Below, piece after piece: positions 47,498-56,304 of a DNA stretch of 56,828 nucleotides (within the stretch, counting starts at the first letter, position 1; every line of letters starts with the position of its first letter). Source of the DNA: a virus (Duplodnaviria; Caudoviricetes); IMG/VR virus record IMGVR_UViG_3300025687_000053, positions 1 through 56,828 of that record. One strand, given 5' to 3'. The translations under genes were made by a program, and so were the position numbers. Under the pieces are notes generated by a model. It did no database searches, was not told the DNA's origin, and saw only the letters and a program-made list of their open reading frames with translations.

Positions 47498-48202
47498 TTA
47501 AGATTTTTGTTCTAACTTTTCTTTCTCCTCTTTAACCATTTTCATGGCGTCCTTCAACTCACCAGTTTGACCAGTTTTGTCTGGTTGTTGTGCTGGTTTT
47601 GGTGTACTACTTGGCAAGCCATGTTCTTTAGCTTGTTGCGCAAACTCCTCCCCACTTTTACCAACTCTTTCAAGGTAGGAATTGAATGCATCTTCGTTTT
47701 CGAACTGCATACTATCAAAACCGCTGACGATTGGAGTAGTGTAGTACTCCGGCAGGTCTTTCAATTTACCTTTAATTAAGTTTAAGCGGTCAGCCTTGAT
47801 TTCTTCAGCGCTTCTACGGTCAAATTGGGTTTGCAACTTTTTGTTTTGTTCCTGAAGGGCTTCATTCTGTTTCATCAACGTCTTTGCCCAAGCAGGAATT
47901 TCACCGTTGTCGTCTACTTCTTTCTCCTTACGCCTTTTTTCAGCCTCCTCATCTGCGAGCCTTTTTTTCTCTGCAGCTTCTTCGTCAGCTTTTTGCTGAG
48001 CTGTTTTTACTGCATCGGACGCTTTTTTGTTAATGTTACCGTCAATGCTTTTGATGGCTGGTGTGAAATCTGCACTTTCTAATGCTTCTTCGGTGGTTAT
48101 CACCTTTTCTAATGTTCTTGCCAAGTCTTCTAATGACTTGTCAGTCACAGACGAGTTTTCTCCTCGTTGTGTCTTCAGTTTCTGTAAGATTTTTTCGTAC
48201 AT
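47498..48202 (-). CDS. Capsid scaffolding protein
   Basis: Charged coiled coil with IPAWAK motif; start placed at MYEKIL. Confidence 0.7.
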   Translation of the reverse strand: MYEKILQKLKTQRGENSSVTDKSLEDLARTLEKVITTEEALESADFTPAIKSIDGNINKKASDAVKTAQQKADEEAAEKKRLADEEAEKRRKEKEVDDNGEIPAWAKTLMKQNEALQEQNKKLQTQFDRRSAEEIKADRLNLIKGKLKDLPEYYTTPIVSGFDSMQFENEDAFNSYLERVGKSGEEFAQQAKEHGLPSSTPKPAQQPDKTGQTGELKDAMKMVKEEKEKLEQKS

Positions 48203-48232
48203 GAGTTTTTTGTTTAAAAAGTTAATTTGATA

Positions 48233-48240
48233 CAAATATA
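48233..48240 (-). promoter_or_regulatory. Bacteroidota -7 element TATATTTG (head operon)
   Basis: CAAATATA on the + strand, 30 nt upstream of the scaffold ATG. Confidence 0.55.
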
Positions 48241-48262
48241 ATGAATTTGAAAACTAGATGAT

Positions 48263-49348
48263 TTATTTACCATCTATTAGTTTCTTGTTCTGTTGGATGA
48301 AACGTGGTTGATTTTTCATTTTTGTTAAATCCTTGTTGTACTGTGTTTGCCAATTCTTGTAACTCACTGGCATACCATCTACTTGTCGTGTACTGGGTGT
48401 ATCTGGTTGTTCCCCCTCTAATATCTTCTCTGTGTCCTTATCTAATTCCCCGCGTGTCTTTAGTATGGGTGTGCTAATACACAGACAGTTGACATGCCAT
48501 TTGTAAGTGAAGTCAAAGTTTTTTGGGTAATCACCTTGAAGGTCTATACATTTCACAGCTCCTTTGTCACTGGAAGGATCGTGTCCAGGTGTTGTTTGTA
48601 TTCGTACACCAACTATGAAGTCTAACTGTTTACGCTTCTCAGTATTACTGCCCTCGTAACTGAAGTTGATTTCATTACGAGCCAGGCGCATTGCGTTTTT
48701 GTATGAACTTCTATACCTACCCTGTCCAGGATTGTATGCTTTGCCTGCCTTAGATAGTCTTAGTATCCCGTTTTCCTTGTCTCTAACGCGACGATACAGT
48801 CTGTCAGGGTCGTTTAGGTATCCCGTAATGTTTCTAGCTATTGTTTGAGCCGAATTCCCTTTACCAATACCTACCTCTAAGGCTAGTTCTAATTCTGTTT
48901 TGAATTGTCTCGTATTACGCCATACTTTTTGGCTTAACCGTAAACCATCTTTTCCATCTTTACGGTATAGGAAGTTTCTACGAGCCCCCCCATTATTGGA
49001 TAGATAGTTGTTGCGTACTGTGGTTGAAAGTTCATTTAACGTAGTACCGAACACGTATTTGACCAGTTCATTGTTCTTATCTACTGCCAGCTGCCACCCT
49101 GTATTAATACCCATAACTGAATCACCATACACGTTCGTATATAATTCCTTAATAAGGGCGTTCATCTTCTCGTTGAGTGCTGGGTAGTTACGCCAGTAGA
49201 ATTCATCGTTCTTGTTGAGGGATACGCCAACGGTCATTTGACTGACCTCTTTTATTACTGCATTATAATAACGACGAATGCGCCTGAGGTAATACTCACG
49301 GCGCTTGTTAAATTCATCATCCCATTTCCTTTGACTTGGTATAGGCAT
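48263..49348 (-). CDS. Minor head morphogenesis protein (SPP1 gp7 / Mu F-like)
   Basis: LSQKVW, NAMRLARNE.N, C..L.G.YPK, WHVNCLC. Confidence 0.8.
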   Translation of the reverse strand: MPIPSQRKWDDEFNKRREYYLRRIRRYYNAVIKEVSQMTVGVSLNKNDEFYWRNYPALNEKMNALIKELYTNVYGDSVMGINTGWQLAVDKNNELVKYVFGTTLNELSTTVRNNYLSNNGGARRNFLYRKDGKDGLRLSQKVWRNTRQFKTELELALEVGIGKGNSAQTIARNITGYLNDPDRLYRRVRDKENGILRLSKAGKAYNPGQGRYRSSYKNAMRLARNEINFSYEGSNTEKRKQLDFIVGVRIQTTPGHDPSSDKGAVKCIDLQGDYPKNFDFTYKWHVNCLCISTPILKTRGELDKDTEKILEGEQPDTPSTRQVDGMPVSYKNWQTQYNKDLTKMKNQPRFIQQNKKLIDGK

Positions 49349-49349
49349 A

Positions 49350-49529
49350 TTAGATTGTGTAAGGTTCTTGTAGTAATTTCCAATCTATTTTTGTCATATC
49401 TCTATAGGGCTGTGCTTCCTTGTACGCCTGTTCACAAATTTCATTAATCTGCTTTTTGCCTTGTTCACTTTTAGCCCAACGACGAAGTTCTTCAACTTTC
49501 TCTTTTGGTATGTAACTTGCACCCGCCAT
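49350..49529 (-). CDS. Small hypothetical protein (59 aa, MAGASYIPKEKVEELRRW...)
   Basis: Read by hand; fills the gap between the portal and head genes exactly. Confidence 0.65.
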   Translation of the reverse strand: MAGASYIPKEKVEELRRWAKSEQGKKQINEICEQAYKEAQPYRDMTKIDWKLLQEPYTI

Positions 49530-49533
49530 ATTC

Positions 49534-50952
49534 TTATTCTTCTCCTAGCATGTTGTTGGTTGCGCCCATTTCGACTTCTATGCGCTTGACTTCAGCTTCT
49601 ACGTTATCCACCTCATCTAATACCCCTACTTTCGTTTCTAAACTCATTGCGTTACCTGCTGTGGCTATGTACTCGGCTACCTCTAATCTATTGCGTACAT
49701 TGTATGGCTTAATCTTACTACGGACACTGAACTTGGCTAGTTGTTGTGCATATTTGCTGAACATAATACCCAACATTGTTTTCACTATCTCTAGTTCACT
49801 GTAAAACATCGTTTCCCATTCACCACCAATGTCCTCTGCCTTTGCCCTAGCATCTGCGAATATCAATTCCTTATTTTCTGCACTGGTATTACTTGCTATC
49901 ATATTAGCGAATGAGGTGTCTGGTACTTGTATCTGTTCAAAGAACGCATTCTTAATACGTTTATATCTAGCTTCGATAGCCTCTGTGGCTCCCTTCCAAG
50001 TCACGTCCTTCATTTCACCGCCTCTGCCCAGTTCAATAATACGACGACTGTCATTACTGGTTTCCTTATCCTCGTCCCCCTCTTTTAGGTCACCTTCTTC
50101 AATCTCACCGTAATCGATGGTGAATGTGGGTACGGTGTTTCTCTTAATGTATAAGCCTTGATAGCTTTCCATTTCTTCCAGTTGTTCTACCAATGCTGTA
50201 CCAGCTTCCCCTCCCCATACTGGTTCTCTTGTGTACATATACAGCACTGGGAACACCTCTAGTTCTTGTTGAGCCTCTTGGTCGATTGCCCATTTATCTA
50301 ATTTAGCGAATCTGAAGTACTGGGGCTTGGTTGTATCATACCCGTTAATGTACGTGTCCATATAGTCTGTTCCTGTTTCGTCCTTGTAAAAGATACTCAT
50401 TACAAGTAAGTCGCCCGCCTCGTCAATGATTGGATATAACTTATATCCGTTCATTTCACTGTATATGTTATGCCTTAGCGTGTATTTGCTTTGCTCCTCA
50501 CCAACCGTCATCGGTTTCTCTACCACGTTCCACACGGTGCAGACTTGACAGGTGGCGAGTAATTGTTTGGCTCTTTCGATGTTAGAACCATCTATGCTAT
50601 TCCTTACCCTGTACACTTCCTCTACAAGGTTAATTGCGTCCTTTTCTTGTTCGTTGTCTTCTGCTTCCCCATACATCCTCTGCACGGGTGTACTAAACAT
50701 AGATTGAGCCACACGGTTTACAGCCAGCTTTTGTAACGCCAGAGGAGTTCTTTTAAAGTCGTCCTGACCATTGTCCCCAAGTTTGGGTGGATACAATGTT
50801 GTATTGAAGATAGCATGTTGTAGAGGGTCATATTGTTCTTCTAAGTCTGACCACTCTGGTATGATGTTTCCATAGCTACTTACTTGAAGGGCTTTCACTA
50901 CAGCCGCTATATCCGTGTTGGCTAATATTATATCTAGCTGTTCTCTTGTCAT
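49534..50952 (-). CDS. Portal protein (SPP1-like)
   Basis: 472 aa downstream of TerL; LQKLAV, MFSTPV, C-terminal MSLET.V...VEAEVKRI. Confidence 0.82.
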   Translation of the reverse strand: MTREQLDIILANTDIAAVVKALQVSSYGNIIPEWSDLEEQYDPLQHAIFNTTLYPPKLGDNGQDDFKRTPLALQKLAVNRVAQSMFSTPVQRMYGEAEDNEQEKDAINLVEEVYRVRNSIDGSNIERAKQLLATCQVCTVWNVVEKPMTVGEEQSKYTLRHNIYSEMNGYKLYPIIDEAGDLLVMSIFYKDETGTDYMDTYINGYDTTKPQYFRFAKLDKWAIDQEAQQELEVFPVLYMYTREPVWGGEAGTALVEQLEEMESYQGLYIKRNTVPTFTIDYGEIEEGDLKEGDEDKETSNDSRRIIELGRGGEMKDVTWKGATEAIEARYKRIKNAFFEQIQVPDTSFANMIASNTSAENKELIFADARAKAEDIGGEWETMFYSELEIVKTMLGIMFSKYAQQLAKFSVRSKIKPYNVRNRLEVAEYIATAGNAMSLETKVGVLDEVDNVEAEVKRIEVEMGATNNMLGEE

Positions 50953-50985
50953 GGCTCAATCTATTAAATAATTATTCACTCAGGC

Positions 50986-51459
50986 TTAGGCTTCTACCAA
51001 ACCCAGTTCTTCCAATACTGCTTGGCAAAGGTCTTCTACTTCTTCGTAGTCAGATGGTTCAATGTCCAGTTCCTTTTCTTCAATCACGTCTGATAACTCA
51101 TCGATATCAAGCGCCTGGATTGCTTCTACCTTTGCTTCATTGATTTTGTCTTCCATCCACTCTTTGTCATTCTTCTTAGCGTTGGCTACCTTTTTACCAA
51201 TAACCTCTGCGTATTCTTCACGAACCTTTTCGATTTCAGTTTTTTCGTTTGCAGCGTTGTTACCAGATGAAGCGTCCTCGTTTTTGGATTTTACTTTGGC
51301 TTTCAAATCACCACCAAACAATTGCTTATGGGATTTTACTGAACCGTCGGATAAACGATACGATATCTCACCTGTCCCGAAGTTTTTCTTCACTGTCTTT
51401 ACAGTTAATTCTTCGTCACCCACTTTTACAGGGTCACCAATTTCTAATAATTTTTTCAT
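50986..51459 (-). CDS. Acidic hypothetical protein with HeH/LEM-like modules
   Basis: REEYAEVIGKK segment and C-terminal ALDIDELSDVIEEKELDIEPSDYEEVEDLCQAVLEELG. Confidence 0.7.
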   Translation of the reverse strand: MKKLLEIGDPVKVGDEELTVKTVKKNFGTGEISYRLSDGSVKSHKQLFGGDLKAKVKSKNEDASSGNNAANEKTEIEKVREEYAEVIGKKVANAKKNDKEWMEDKINEAKVEAIQALDIDELSDVIEEKELDIEPSDYEEVEDLCQAVLEELGLVEA

Positions 51460-51494
51460 TTTCGTAAATTTTTGTTAACAATTAATTTAGATTA

Positions 51495-51502
51495 CAAATT
51501 TA
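51495..51502 (-). promoter_or_regulatory. Bacteroidota -7 element TAAATTTG
   Basis: CAAATTTA on the + strand in the gap after terL. Confidence 0.45.
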
Positions 51503-51510
51503 ACACATTC

Positions 51511-53025
51511 TTAAGATAGATACTTTCTTACCTTATTTAATGTCTCGCTGCTTCGCTTCTTATTACTTCCCTTCAAATACTTCTTACCAGCATAACAGGT
51601 AAGATCGACCGCTTCATCGTGGGCAGCGTTTGGAAACCCACATATCTCATCCAAATACTTCCTATTCCACGATCCCTGTACCAGCACAACACGACCTGCC
51701 TCTATGCGTGGTGACATATTTCGTAATTCAGTTTCTTTACTATCCTTCCTTCCCTCAATCTCTTTTACGTTTAAGTCTGTAAACTGACGTAACATTTGGA
51801 CGGTTGATTTACCACTCGCTTTCGGTTCTATGTGTATCATTGACCTGCTAGCCCTGTACCCATACTCCAGTGCCCAGTCATTGATGAACTTCACTAAATC
51901 GTGTATCTCCATATACACACTACGATAATCCAAGATATATACCTTACCATTTCTAAAGTACGTAGCCATTAAGCCCGTCGGGTCATTCTTAGCTGTCCCT
52001 GTACGTTTATTGACATTCTTCTTCTCTTCATACCCAGTATCAATCCAGAAGTGAACATGGGGTACGTGTGTGAATGATGTCTCTGCATCGATTACAGTAA
52101 ACCATCGACGCTTAATCATTCCTCCTTCTGGTGGTGTGGGGTCTTGTTGGAATTGGCTGTGGTAATCATACGTCCCTAGTTCGTCTTTCTTCTCGTCTAG
52201 GATCTCAGGTGACATACGTTTAGGATCCATTAACCCATTTACATAGTGCTTGCGTAATTCGGGTGGAGAGACGCTATTATTTAGTTCTGCTGGAAGATTA
52301 ATGTGTTTGATTATCCTTTTACCTTTTTTAGCCAATGTCTGTAGGTAGGCAGTACAGTCTAATTCATGTAGCCTTTGCATTATCAGTATATTGACTGAAT
52401 TACCTTTTTCAACTTCACGTGTAAACAGGGTCTTCATATGACGAATGGCTGCTTCTCTGTCTGGTTCACTTTCAGCCTTCTGTATATCCTGTAAATCATC
52501 CATCAATTTCACGTGGGCGTGTCTACCAGTAATTCCACTTCCTGTACTGGTACAATCACGCGTCCCGCCTTTGGTTGTTTCGTAGGCTCTCTTAGCACTT
52601 TTATCTCCACGGAGTACTACGTGTGGGAACATCGTCCTATACTTAGGAGAGACGATAATATCCCGTGTCTTCATTGCAGCCTCTATACTAAGTTCATTGG
52701 AGTGGGAACTACTAATGATTCTAACCGTAGGGTCGATAGCCCATAACCAAGCAGGGAACGATTGTAAGACGATTGTGGTCTTGGTACTCCCTGGAGGCAC
52801 GTTAATGATTAGGTCATACGGTTTCCTTTTACGGTTAATTATGAAATGACTGAGGTACTGCAACTCATCGCATATTACTTTGATATGCCAGTTATCTACC
52901 AACTCCTCTTGGACTATGGTGTCCCAAAAGGATAAAAAGAATTGGTAGAAGGATTGTTCGCAGGCTCTCTTCTCTATCTCTACCAGTATTTTATCTGCGG
53001 GTAGGTTTCGCAAATCCCTATTCAT
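51511..53025 (-). CDS. terL: Terminase large subunit
   Basis: INVPPGSTKT, TGRHA...MDD, IMQRLH..D, QFQQDP, IEPKASG, FPNAAHDEAVD. Confidence 0.93.
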   Translation of the reverse strand: MNRDLRNLPADKILVEIEKRACEQSFYQFFLSFWDTIVQEELVDNWHIKVICDELQYLSHFIINRKRKPYDLIINVPPGSTKTTIVLQSFPAWLWAIDPTVRIISSSHSNELSIEAAMKTRDIIVSPKYRTMFPHVVLRGDKSAKRAYETTKGGTRDCTSTGSGITGRHAHVKLMDDLQDIQKAESEPDREAAIRHMKTLFTREVEKGNSVNILIMQRLHELDCTAYLQTLAKKGKRIIKHINLPAELNNSVSPPELRKHYVNGLMDPKRMSPEILDEKKDELGTYDYHSQFQQDPTPPEGGMIKRRWFTVIDAETSFTHVPHVHFWIDTGYEEKKNVNKRTGTAKNDPTGLMATYFRNGKVYILDYRSVYMEIHDLVKFINDWALEYGYRASRSMIHIEPKASGKSTVQMLRQFTDLNVKEIEGRKDSKETELRNMSPRIEAGRVVLVQGSWNRKYLDEICGFPNAAHDEAVDLTCYAGKKYLKGSNKKRSSETLNKVRKYLS

Positions 53026-53722
53026 ATCTGAGTTTCTTACGTGCGACTTCCAACAGTACATTGAGTTCTTCTTCAGTAAGTGAGTTAATATCAATAGATG
53101 TTTTCACTTCCCCACTCATTTCAACCTTCTCTGGTTTCTTGTAACCCTGGAGGACATCAATCTGTTTCAATGCTTCAATACGGTTGTGCATTTTGACTTT
53201 GATGTATTCGATTTGGTGTAACTGTTTGTATTCATCCATACGGTATATGATTTTCGTATCGATGGTTTCAATGGCGTCTAAGATATCTGGGTTTTCATCT
53301 ACCAGTTCATTCCAGTCTTTTTGCTTGTACCAACCGTCTCGCAAACCAGCTATTGAAGCGTAGCCTATTTTGGCGTATTCCCTTAATTGGCGCTGGAAAG
53401 AAACCCCTGTTAAGAGTTCGAATTCTCCTCGTACTGCCTCGAGATATTGTCGGTTAAGGGTCACTCTAAGTTTTTTCGAACCATTATTATTCGCAGTCAA
53501 CCTACTCGCATTCGGCCATATTCTTAGATATGCGTTAGTAATATGGAAACCATTACACAGGTACTCCTTAATAAATGCTTTATCCCTCTCGTGTAGTTTC
53601 TCTTCTAGTTCTTGTAGTGTGTACTGCTGTTCGTTGTTGTTATTGGTTTCTGTGACTTTCACTTCACTCATATTTCCCTTTTTGGTACGTATAAGTTTCT
53701 TTTTCATTTTGGTACGTGTCAT
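53018..53722 (-). CDS. terS: Terminase small subunit
   Basis: FIKEYL.NG..ITNAY, KVKMHNRIEAL..I, KVEMSGEV; immediately upstream of terL. Confidence 0.82.
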   Translation of the reverse strand: MTRTKMKKKLIRTKKGNMSEVKVTETNNNNEQQYTLQELEEKLHERDKAFIKEYLCNGFHITNAYLRIWPNASRLTANNNGSKKLRVTLNRQYLEAVRGEFELLTGVSFQRQLREYAKIGYASIAGLRDGWYKQKDWNELVDENPDILDAIETIDTKIIYRMDEYKQLHQIEYIKVKMHNRIEALKQIDVLQGYKKPEKVEMSGEVKTSIDINSLTEEELNVLLEVARKKLRYE

Positions 53723-53760
53723 AATATTAGATTTTTTCTATTGTTTGACAATTATTTGTA

Positions 53761-53768
53761 CAAAGGTA
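53761..53768 (-). promoter_or_regulatory. Bacteroidota -7 element TACCTTTG (late arm)
   Basis: CAAAGGTA on the + strand in the divergent intergenic region. Confidence 0.55.
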
Positions 53769-53860
53769 ATGAATAGAAAATATCACTTTTTTGAAAATAT
53801 TTTTCATTTCACTTGACTTTTGATTTTCATTGTTGTAATTTAGTGAAACGATAACACACT

Positions 53861-53876
53861 AAAACCTGACGACATG
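53861..53876 (+). promoter_or_regulatory. Repeated early-gene start motif AAAACCTGACGAC-ATG (first of 5 copies)
   Basis: Further copies at 54084, 54415, 55353 and 55701, each ending 3 nt before an ATG. Confidence 0.75.
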
Positions 53877-54071
53877 ACAAACATTCAAACAATTATTAGC
53901 AAAGTAAGTAAAGGACAAGAAATCACTATTATTGGTACGGGTGAAACTGTTACTGGTAAAGTATGTAGCATTTGCACAATCAATGAGAGTATTGTGGTGT
54001 TGGATAATGTTACTAGACGCTTTCGTACCATATGCGCAGAAAACCTTCACACTATTAAAGCTATTGTATAA
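53874..54071 (+). CDS. Early hypothetical protein
   Basis: Preceded by the start motif. Confidence 0.7.
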   Translation: MTNIQTIISKVSKGQEITIIGTGETVTGKVCSICTINESIVVLDNVTRRFRTICAENLHTIKAIV

Positions 54072-54096
54072 TAAAAACCCTATAAAACCTGACGAC

Positions 54097-54363
54097 ATGA
54101 AACTACAAGACATTAAACAAGCAAACGAACTTACTGAAAAAGAAACTACTGTACTTGACCACCTTTACGAAGCATTAGCCAGTTACTTTGGTGAATTGTA
54201 TTCAGATGTTGATTGTATCGACATCAGTAAAGCAATATCAATGCCAATACCAACCGTGAAGGGTGTTGTTGGTAGTTTGGTTAAAAAAGGTATTCTTGGA
54301 ACATACGATACAGGCACTGGATTTGAAGTGGTTTGTTTTATTGACCAAGAAGAAATGGAATAG
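54097..54363 (+). CDS. Winged-HTH protein
   Basis: DISKAISMPIPTVKGVVGSLVKKGIL; start fixed by the motif. Confidence 0.7.
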   Translation: MKLQDIKQANELTEKETTVLDHLYEALASYFGELYSDVDCIDISKAISMPIPTVKGVVGSLVKKGILGTYDTGTGFEVVCFIDQEEME

Positions 54364-54373
54364 AATCACTTTT

Positions 54374-54407
54374 GGTGTGGTGGTGTAATAGTCGCCACAC
54401 CTTTTTT
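54374..54407 (+). terminator. Intrinsic terminator-like hairpin
   Basis: GGTGTGGTGG-TGTAATAG-TCGCCACACC followed by TTTTTT. Confidence 0.75.
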
Positions 54408-54427
54408 AACCCTTAAAACCTGACGAT

Positions 54428-54790
54428 ATGAAATACCCTAAAATCAGTATTAAAGAAATTAAAGCCATCGATCGTAGCCTTACAGACCAAGAGGAAGACC
54501 AATATGGTATGATTGATATTCCCGACCCACGTAATGAGGATCGGTACGAGAGCGCCAAGAATAAAGCAGAGCAAGGTGGTTTTGAGTTTTGCCCCTGTTG
54601 TGGTAAGGCGATCTCTACAAGCAACTTGTACATCTTTAGTGCGTATGGTGGTTGTGCGTACAAATACGATAACAAAGCCCTTTATAGTGACTGCTGGCTT
54701 ATGCCAATAGGTAGTGAGTGTGCCAAACGATTTCCAAAGGGATATATATTTGAATTGACTACTAATTTTGTAAGAACTAAAAAACGATAA
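54428..54790 (+). CDS. Zn-binding hypothetical protein ending in FVRTKKR
   Basis: CPCCGK...IGSECAK. Confidence 0.7.
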   Translation: MKYPKISIKEIKAIDRSLTDQEEDQYGMIDIPDPRNEDRYESAKNKAEQGGFEFCPCCGKAISTSNLYIFSAYGGCAYKYDNKALYSDCWLMPIGSECAKRFPKGYIFELTTNFVRTKKR

Positions 54791-54794
54791 AGAC

Positions 54795-55244
54795 ATGGCT
54801 GAGAAAGAAAAAGCACAACGCATCAGACTCGTCTACACAGGGCGACGCATCAATGGTTCCAAACTATGTTACACATACAAGGATATCGATAAACTGGGTG
54901 AGGACGACCTATTCCTATTCGGTAGTAAATTGTCGGGCAGTGGTGGTGTGTGTAGTATTGTTTCTGCAGAACGCGAGGGTGACGCCTTTAGGAACTCGAA
55001 TTTCGATGGTTGGTACAATGGTGAGTACATGAACACCATACAGATAATATCTCGTACCAACGAGGAGGAAATTACCCTACGTAGGATGCAAAAGAAAAAG
55101 GCACCTGATTATATGGATGATATCGCCACCCGTATAGCCAAAGACTACAAGAAACTGAAGTGGCAAGAACGTGAAGCGTTTTGGCGTTGTCTACGTTCCA
55201 TTACTGAAACAAAGTGTAATTCCAAGCACACAAAATTTGATTAG
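54795..55244 (+). CDS. Hypothetical protein
   Basis: ORF track. Confidence 0.65.
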   Translation: MAEKEKAQRIRLVYTGRRINGSKLCYTYKDIDKLGEDDLFLFGSKLSGSGGVCSIVSAEREGDAFRNSNFDGWYNGEYMNTIQIISRTNEEEITLRRMQKKKAPDYMDDIATRIAKDYKKLKWQEREAFWRCLRSITETKCNSKHTKFD

Positions 55245-55291
55245 GATTTACAGGGGTTTGAACCAACTCTTTAAAAAAAAGTTTAAAAAAG

Positions 55292-55323
55292 TTTGGTTTC
55301 TTTCAAATCTTGTCCTATATTTG
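55292..55323 (+). promoter_or_regulatory. Canonical Bacteroidota promoter TTTG-N20-TATATTTG
   Basis: -33 TTTG at 55292-55295 and -7 TATATTTG at 55316-55323; A-tracts upstream. Confidence 0.75.
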
Positions 55324-55365
55324 TGTAAACAAACGGTAACAAGACAAACTTTAAAACCTGACAAA

Positions 55366-55641
55366 ATGAAAACAATTAATTGGGAAACCACACACAAAGA
55401 AAAGAATCTTATTACAAAAATCGTAAAAAGAGCACACCAACTACATCCAAATCAATTTGAGCATATAAGTTTAATGATGGATGTGGTGGCGTGTCATAAT
55501 AATGACACACCTCTTGATTTGAAAAAACTCCTAACAAGCGATGATTCGACTTTTAATCACGACATTTTTGGAATAGTCAATAACATCTGTAGAAATACAG
55601 GAACTATTCAGAATTGCTTCTTGCCTAAATGCTCGAAGTAG
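55366..55641 (+). CDS. Conserved phage hypothetical protein (DUF6874-like)
   Basis: MDV.ACH...PLDL..LL..DD..F.HDIFGI...I.R.TG...NCFLPK pattern. Confidence 0.7.
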   Translation: MKTINWETTHKEKNLITKIVKRAHQLHPNQFEHISLMMDVVACHNNDTPLDLKKLLTSDDSTFNHDIFGIVNNICRNTGTIQNCFLPKCSK

Positions 55642-55655
55642 TTTTGATTAGGTTT

Positions 55656-55688
55656 GTGTGTAGGGTGTAACAGTCCTGCACACTTTTT
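55656..55688 (+). terminator. Intrinsic terminator-like hairpin
   Basis: GTGTGTAGGG-TGTAACAG-TCCTGCACAC followed by TTTTT. Confidence 0.72.
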
Positions 55689-55713
55689 ATTTACTCACTT
55701 AATACCTGACACA

Positions 55714-55941
55714 ATGTTTTTAGAATACGTAGATGCCAACACCGTTAAAATAAACGGCGCCCAGTACACCCCAAATTCCCTAGAGCATAAATTAAGGTTC
55801 ACAGAGGTACATACACGGCGTAATTTAATCGCAACCGTGTGGGCATGGGTGTACCAGTACAAGACCCTCAATGAAGATGATAGGGAGTTTATCAGCCAAC
55901 AAACAGAATTGAAATGCAAACGTCACAAAATAGCAATATAA
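55714..55941 (+). CDS. Early hypothetical protein
   Basis: Start fixed by AATACCTGACACA-ATG. Confidence 0.65.
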   Translation: MFLEYVDANTVKINGAQYTPNSLEHKLRFTEVHTRRNLIATVWAWVYQYKTLNEDDREFISQQTELKCKRHKIAI

Positions 55942-55975
55942 TGCAAATTCATATTAACTACTAAAATCGATAAAG

Positions 55976-56218
55976 ATGCAAGGACAATTATTAACCCCTA
56001 TGGGAATGCACACTGAAGGTCGTATCACAATGACCGACACAATGGTACGGGAACAAAACAGGAAGACACTGAAAAAGCGTATGATTGAACATTGTATGGT
56101 GATGAACAAGAAATTGCCAAGAAAGTTCTTAAATGGAAAGACTGAAGAACAGTTGTTAGCGTGGTGTCACCCACACGACAGAGCTGATTTTTACAAAGAA
56201 CTCTACCCCGCGTACTAG
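55976..56218 (+). CDS. Hypothetical protein
   Basis: ORF track; CGATAAAG-ATG leader. Confidence 0.65.
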   Translation: MQGQLLTPMGMHTEGRITMTDTMVREQNRKTLKKRMIEHCMVMNKKLPRKFLNGKTEEQLLAWCHPHDRADFYKELYPAY

Positions 56219-56304
56219 CGTTAGTCAGGTTTCGCTATGTACAAGCTCGCATCCTTCTTGGGTGTGGGCTTTGGGTGGTGAAAACAATTCAAAAAACGAT
56301 AACA

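Noticed and set aside
53861-55716. ACCTGAC repeats as a CRISPR or mini-array
   Set aside because: They are only 10-13 bp, irregularly spaced and separated by whole genes.
56243-56271. Hairpin AAGCTCGCATCC-TTCTT-GGGTGTGGGCTT as a terminator
   Set aside because: It has several G-U pairs and only a short U-tract, so it is too weak to call.
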